DNA of 63,590 nt, the filler included, from Octopus bimaculoides (Eukaryota), in assembly GCF_001194135.2 (NCBI RefSeq). It is 4 parts of 4 records of this genome, joined end to end, with 100 filler letters (N's around TTAATTAATTAA, not from the genome) between each part and the next. Parts side by side here need not be neighbours in the genome. Positions count along the whole stretch, not along the records: positions 52,625 to 63,590 come from NC_068982.1; 3 more parts are not named here. One strand, written 5' to 3'. Under the pieces are notes generated by a model that saw only the letters and a list, made by a program, of their open reading frames with translations, searched no databases and had not been told where the DNA came from. The position numbers and the translations under genes are program-made. Below are positions 57,523 to 63,590 of the stretch, piece by piece; within the stretch, counting starts at the first letter, position 1, and every line of letters begins with the position of its first letter.

Positions 57523-57894
57523 TTTGGGAAATTTCGAATCTGGGTTCTCATTCCCAAGGTATTTTTCGATGTTATTNNNNNNNNNNNNNNNNNNNNNNNN
57601 NNNNNNNNNNNNNNNNNNNNNNNNNNNNNNNNNNNNNNNNNNNNNNNNNNNNNNNNNNNNNNNNNNNNNNNNNNNNNNNNNNNNNNNNNNNNNNNNNNNN
57701 NNNNNNNNNNNNNNNNNNNNNNNNNNNNNNNNNNNNNNNNNNNNNNNNNNNNNNNNNNNNNNNNNNNNNNNNNNNNNNNNNNNNNNNNNNNNNNNNNNNN
57801 NNNNNNNNNNNNNNNNNNNNNNNNNNNNNNNNNNNNNNNNNNNNNNNNNNNNNNNNNNNNNNNNNNNNNNNNNNNNNNNNNNNNNNNNNNNNNN

Positions 57895-58065
57895 CATTCC
57901 TAGAGATCCTACAATCACTGGTATGGTAGTCGCCTTGAGGTGCCACATTTTTTCAATTTCTATTAGCAAGTCTTTATATTTACTGATCTTGTCAAATTCT
58001 TTCGCCGTTATATTATGATCAGAGGGAATACTCATGTAAATTAATAAACATGTCTTCTTTGTCTG
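57895..58065 (-). mobile_element. R4/Dong-like REL endonuclease fragment
   Basis: KKTCLLIYMSIPSDHNITAKEFDKISKYKDLLIEIEKMWHLKATTIPVIVGSLGM. The 5' side abuts an (AAT)n tract and the 3' side runs into a gap. Confidence 0.85.
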
Positions 58066-58076
58066 ATTATTATTAC

Positions 58077-58161
<85 letters not shown>

Positions 58162-58971
58162 GTTGTTGTTGTTGTTGTTGTTGCTGTTGTTGTTGTTGTT
58201 GGTGGTGGTGGTGCTGTTGTTCACGTCATTGTGATCAATAATAATGTGCTTTTGTCTGTCCATTCGCCTCTTTTCATAGAATAAATGTGTAAACACATTG
58301 GTGTCAGATTCAAGCGTGTTATTCATCGATATTTTGTGCCCTTTTCAAATATTTGTTTCAGTTTTATTTCTCATTATAATGCATTTTAATCATCTGAATA
58401 TGTTTCTTACTGGACAAGTATCTTAATTAGCAAAAGTCAATCAGTGTTGACTACAGAATTCAAAAGGAAGCGCAAGAAGATAGCTTGAATGACCTATTAT
58501 AGTAAATAAAGGCAATAACTATTTGAGAGAGTAAATGGCAAAGTTCATCATGGCGGTATTTGAATACCAAACAGTGAAGCCTAAAAATGAATTGCTTTTG
58601 TTTTGGAAAAATAAGAAATAAAACTGACCGTAAATTTAGTGCTTTATTTCGTCCGATTTTTGTTCAGCTTTAAAGTAGAGAATGAGATCGTGTTATAGAT
58701 GCGACTAAATTCGCTAGTGGCCAATAGATGTATTTCTTTCTTCCTTATTAACAATGAAATTCATTTTGGACAAAAAAGAGGAAAAGTCATCTAACCGGGT
58801 ATGTCGCTGATATGGTTGTGTAGTATTAAAAACTTTGTCTTGCAACCGTATGGTCTTAGATCTAAGCATTACCGTGGACAGGTATTGTAACATGCTGTAT
58901 TCCATCATTTGTAAGTATGTATGTATGTATGTATGTATGTATGTATGTATGTATGTATGTGTTTGTATGTG

Positions 58972-59072
<101 letters not shown>

Positions 59073-59769
59073 CACCTAAAAAATAGGCGAGAAAACCGAT
59101 AAATTGTTGCTTTTGGACAAAAATACTTAGTATTTGTTCCACCTGAGTTGTATAGGCTACTACCTCATCACTTTCGCTATGATGATTGCAAACGCAACTG
59201 ACTTCAAAACGTGATATATAATGCAACAGAGAAGATCCTTAGACTGAAATCCCAAGTTTTCAAACATTGATTATCAGATCACATCTTTCAGTCGTCTCAC
59301 TGAAGCTGCCATTACTTTGGATAACAATAGTGATGAGGAGAGGGAAGACTTGCATACATGGACAATAACCAGACTTTCACAAGAACTTCAACAGAATAAA
59401 GAGCAAATAAAATACAATAAAATTTGCCTAAGCCTGTGCATATATGGGCATAAAGATGGCCAAACCCAGATTAAAGGAGACCTCTAGTAGAACAGAAATG
59501 GCTTGATTAGATTTTTGCTTCACTCACTCGTTCAGATTTCTATCATTGTCATCAAGTAGTAATTAAAACTCCACTAATATGGAGATCATAGAAAATTTTG
59601 TCAACCCTAGAATTTGATTGCTGCTCATTTTTATCTACATCGGAATGATAAAAGGTAAAGTTAAACCAGCGCGCCACAAAATAAATAAATAAACAAATAA
59701 ATAAATAAATAAAGTGATAATAATTTCCACTCAGGGTGTAGGGCCTAAAATTATGGGAGAGGGATTATA

Positions 59770-60225
59770 TAGAAATGCAAAGATCCTATGGGAGTTTATG
59801 ATTCAGTGCGACCATGAGATTGAGAATAGGAAGCCAGACAGTCTTAATTGAGAAAGAAAACAAACGATGCTGGACCATAGATATAGCATGCCCAGCTGAC
59901 GACAAGGTATGTGATAAGGAAGAAAGAAAAGTCGAGAGATTGGACAGGTTAGCTTGGGAAGTTAAGCAGTTGTGGCCGATGAAATAGGTAGCAGTAGTAC
60001 CAATAATGGTCGGAGCCCTGGGAACTGTGAGCAAAAATCTCGAGAAGTACGTGGAACAAATAGGGGCTGCAATAAGGGTGGAGCACTTGCAGAAAACAGC
60101 ACTGCTTGGAACCGCTCGAATACTCCAGAAGTTGCACAAAAAATAAGAGGTACTACCTTAGTTCACTGGTAGTGAACAGCTGACACTAATACATCTCCAG
60201 CGTTAGAAGCTGTGCAAAGGCAATA
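59770..60225 (+). mobile_element. R4/Dong-like REL endonuclease and 3' UTR fragment (distinct family)
   Basis: KILWEFMIQCDHEIENRKPD/..IEKENKRCWTIDIACPADDKV..KEERKVE...VVPIMVGALGTV...LQKTALLGTARIL, with a frameshift and a stop. PD..D..K-type motif. Followed by an (AAT)/(AAC)n tail. Confidence 0.85.
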
Positions 60226-60254
60226 ATGATGATAATAATAATAATAATAATAAT

Positions 60255-60295
<41 letters not shown>

Positions 60296-60351
60296 AAGCA
60301 ACAACAACAATAATAATAATAATGATAATGATGATGATGAGGATGATGATG

Positions 60352-60401
<50 letters not shown>

Positions 60402-60518
60402 CTCCAGGAGATTTGTTGACTACTTTTCTAATTCTGCAGAATCCATCACCAAGAAAGCCATATTAAAAATAAAATCAGAAATAACAGAACTCATTGAAAT
60501 ATGCTCAGATTAATATAG

Positions 60519-60564
<46 letters not shown>

Positions 60565-61183
60565 AATTCTTTCCGTCTACTTAAGTCTTTTTCTCTCCTA
60601 CCTTCTAACCCTTTGTCTTTTCTTTGTTTCTTTTTCAACCTTTGTATTCATATTTTTTTCTTTTTAACTATTCTTATATTTTCCTCCCCCCCCCTTTTTT
60701 TTCCTTGGCAGACATTAACATTTTTTCCCCCACGAAATACTAATAGTTATAGACAGCGCTACAGGAAACGTGTTGGCACGATCGGATATATATATAATAC
60801 GCACAGTTTTATGAATACATCTCCCACATACACACACTCATTCATCTATGCATGTTCTCTTCTATTTTTAATTGTTTGAAGCCTTCCTGTAAGGAAGGAG
60901 ATGGTGTTTCTAACAAAGGTACAAAGCTTCATCGTTGGAATGTAGATAACAAAAACAGTCTCACATTTTGAACTTAAGTAAAGTCATGCATATTTTTACT
61001 GTTCCGCTTACAGATTGCAATTGTAATGTGCGTGTTAGCTAATTGATTTCTTTTTCTGAAAACCCTAGCTCTTCCAGATTTGTCACCGAGGCAACAAAGC
61101 AAAATGCACCAATTATTATTGGTATGAACTTGAAAGTATGATCTGGGTATAGAATCTGAGGGTTTGGAAGCAGTTGTCTAATC

Positions 61184-61401
61184 CAGGGGTTTTCAAACTT
61201 TTTGACTTGCGGACCCCTTTATATTTCAGGCTTTACCTTAGGGACCCCCTTATAAACGCTTATGAAATTTATACATAAATATTTGCTTAAAATAACATAT
61301 ATAAAATCAAATTGCCCATAAAAAGTATTTGCTGCCCACGGACCCCTGTCTTATCCTTGCGGACCCCCTGTGGTCCGCAGACCACAGTTTGAAAACCCCT
61401 G
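61184..61401. mobile_element. hAT (Charlie-like) MITE, 218 bp
   Basis: Perfect 15-bp TIRs CAGGGGTTTTCAAAC...GTTTGAAAACCCCTG and a perfect 8-bp TSD GTCTAATC (61176-61183 and 61402-61409). Internal GGACCCC subterminal repeats. Confidence 0.92.
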
Positions 61402-61438
61402 GTCTAATCTATCCCGTTTCTCTTTAATTTTCGAAGAG

Positions 61439-61518
61439 ATAGTCGTATCAGCAGCACAGATGACCTCAAGAAAAGTATGTACGGTCATAGAGGTCATTTG
61501 TGCTGCTGATAGGACTAT
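61439..61518. repeat. 80-nt hairpin: 29-bp arms and a 22-nt loop
   Basis: atagtcgtatcagcagcacagatgacctc / gaggtcatttgtgctgctgataggactat; one G-G mismatch and one G-U pair. Confidence 0.9.
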
Positions 61519-62081
61519 TTACACTTCATAGAAGATTTGATGGGAATGTTTTGCCAATATTACCTCTGTCGATGTTTATATATGTATTCAATAGGGGAGG
61601 ATTCTTTGTATTGATTGCAATACAGTATTTTTTCGGATGACATTGTATACTGTTTTAACGACAACGTCAGCTAAGGACGTAGTAACTTGACATTCTGTGG
61701 TAGCTACTGATCACGAGATATCTTTCCCAGAAATGAAACATTTATCAACATTTCAGGTTGCACTTGGTGCTCGAACTGCTTCGTTATCTCTTTTGTTTAT
61801 TTTGTTTATTGTGTTTATTTTGTAGCCACTTCTTGCTCTTGGATTGCAAATGCATCCCGTTCAAAGTTATGTAGCAGTCTCGAGCAAAAGAATGGCTGCA
61901 CTTCATGTTTGCATGTATGAAATATGTGTGTATGTATTCATGTATATGTGCATGTGTGTATGTATTATATGCATCTATACATATGTATATGTATGTTTAT
62001 GTGTGAATGCACATATAAACATAGTACATGCATATATATATATGTATATATATTATGCGTATATAAAATGTATAATTTTGT

Positions 62082-62117
<36 letters not shown>

Positions 62118-63465
62118 TTTGTGTATATATATATGCACATATATACAGTTATATATATTCATATACACGTTTATATATACATGCATTATGTGTCTTTTGT
62201 TTTTTGTAAATTCCAGCTATATATATGTGTGTATATATATATATATANNNNNNNNNNNNNNNNNNNNNNNNNNNNNNNNNNNNNNNNNNNNNNNNNNNNN
62301 NNNNNNNNNNNNNNNNNNNNNNNNNNNNNNNNNNNNNNNNNNNNNNNNNNNNNNNNNNNNNNNNNNNNNNNNNNNNNNNNNNNNNNNNNNNNNNNNNNNN
62401 NNNNNNNNNNNNNNNNNNNNNNNNNNNNNNNNNNNNNNNNNNNNNNNNNNNNNNNNNNNNNNNNNNNNNNNNNNNNNNNNNNNNNNNNNNNNNNNNNNNN
62501 NNNNNNNNNNNNNNNNNNNNNNNNNNNNNNNNNNNNNNNNNNNNNNNNNNNNNNNNNNNNNNNNNNNNNNNNNNNNNNNNNNNNNNNNNNNNNNNNNNNN
62601 NNNNNNNNNNNNNNNNNNNNNNNNNNNNNNNNNNNNNNNNNNNNNNNNNNNNNNNNNNNNNNNNNNNNNNNNNNNNNNNNNNNNNNNNNNNNNNNNNNNN
62701 NNNNNNNNNNNNNNNNNNNNNNNNNNNNNNNNNNNNNNNNNNNNNNNNNNNNNNNNNNNNNNNNNNNNNNNNNNNNNNNNNNNNNNNNNNNNNNNNNNNN
62801 NNNNNNNNNNNNNNNNNNNNNNNNNNNNNNNNNNNNNNNNNNNNNNNNNNNNNNNNNNNNNNNNNNNNNNNNNNNNNNNNNNNNNNNNNNNNNNNNNNNN
62901 NNNNNNNNNNNNNNNNNNNNNACATATATAGTTGGAATTTACCAAAAACAAAAGACATATATATATATAAATATATATAAATTTTTATATATCCATACAC
63001 ATATATGCATATATTGTGTAAGCACATATGTATATATATATATATATATATCTGTGAGTGTCTGTGCAGATATATAACATTATTAAAACAACGACTGTAA
63101 TACGAACAAAATGAAGAACAAGATCAGAATGCACGAAAAGAAAATTTGTCTGGTACAATAACTTTGATGAAAAAGCTTCCGTCGCTGCCCACCGGCGGCG
63201 CGAGTGTTGTCTCTCAGATGTTGATTGCGTTTGATGATGAGAGTGGCGCCACTAGAGCTGTGGCAGACCGAGATCATAATGATGACAATAACGATAAGAA
63301 TAATGAGAAGAGAGAATGAGTATGAGGATGAGAATGAGGGAGAGGAAGAAGTTTGAAGGAAAAAAATTGAAGGGAGGTGGAAAAGAAGGAAAAAGATTAT
63401 CATCATTTTTACCATCATTATTAATCGTCACCACTGTCGATCACCACCACCACCACCACCACACC

Positions 63466-63590
63466 TTCTTCTTCTTCTTCTTCTTCTTCTTCTTCTTCTT
63501 CTTCTTCTTCTTCTTCTTCTTCTTCTTCTTCTTCTTCTTCTTCATTCTTCTTCTTCTTTTTCTCCTCCTTCTTCTTCATTCTTCTTCTTC
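63466..63590. repeat. (CTT)n microsatellite
   Basis: Direct reading. Confidence 0.95.

Noticed and set aside
61448-61467. CAGCAGCACA resembling the miR-15/16 seed region
   Set aside because: A short chance match; the rest does not match, and that family is, to my knowledge, not molluscan.

Overview
AT-rich eukaryotic DNA, dense in microsatellites and gaps. The SINE families and repeat style suggest a coleoid cephalopod (Octopus-like) assembly; this is inference. No prokaryotic genes, operons or CRISPR arrays are present, and nearly all ORFs in the supplied track are microsatellite or N-gap artefacts. Only one host coding exon is supportable: 28608-28795 (minus), absent from the ORF track, encoding residues 1-46 of a Prrx-type paired-like homeodomain with clean AG/GT borders. 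The remaining recognisable sequence is mobile DNA: about 25 tRNA-derived SINE copies, four R4/Dong-like non-LTR retrotransposon pieces tied to (AAT)n tracts, a CRE-like endonuclease remnant, RTE tails, a decayed mariner plus derived mini-elements, and a hAT MITE with a perfect 8-bp TSD. The most unusual signals are (i) at least four unrelated short repeats each carrying a minimal type-I hammerhead ribozyme fold, several in the sense orientation of the putative Prrx pre-mRNA, (ii) a ~355-bp minisatellite with 16 exact TAATTA homeodomain sites about 5.5 kb 5' of the homeobox exon, and (iii) two near-perfect hairpins (117-bp and 29-bp arms). Three 44N-TTAATTAATTAA-44N spacers mark artificial joins, so distances across them are unreliable.
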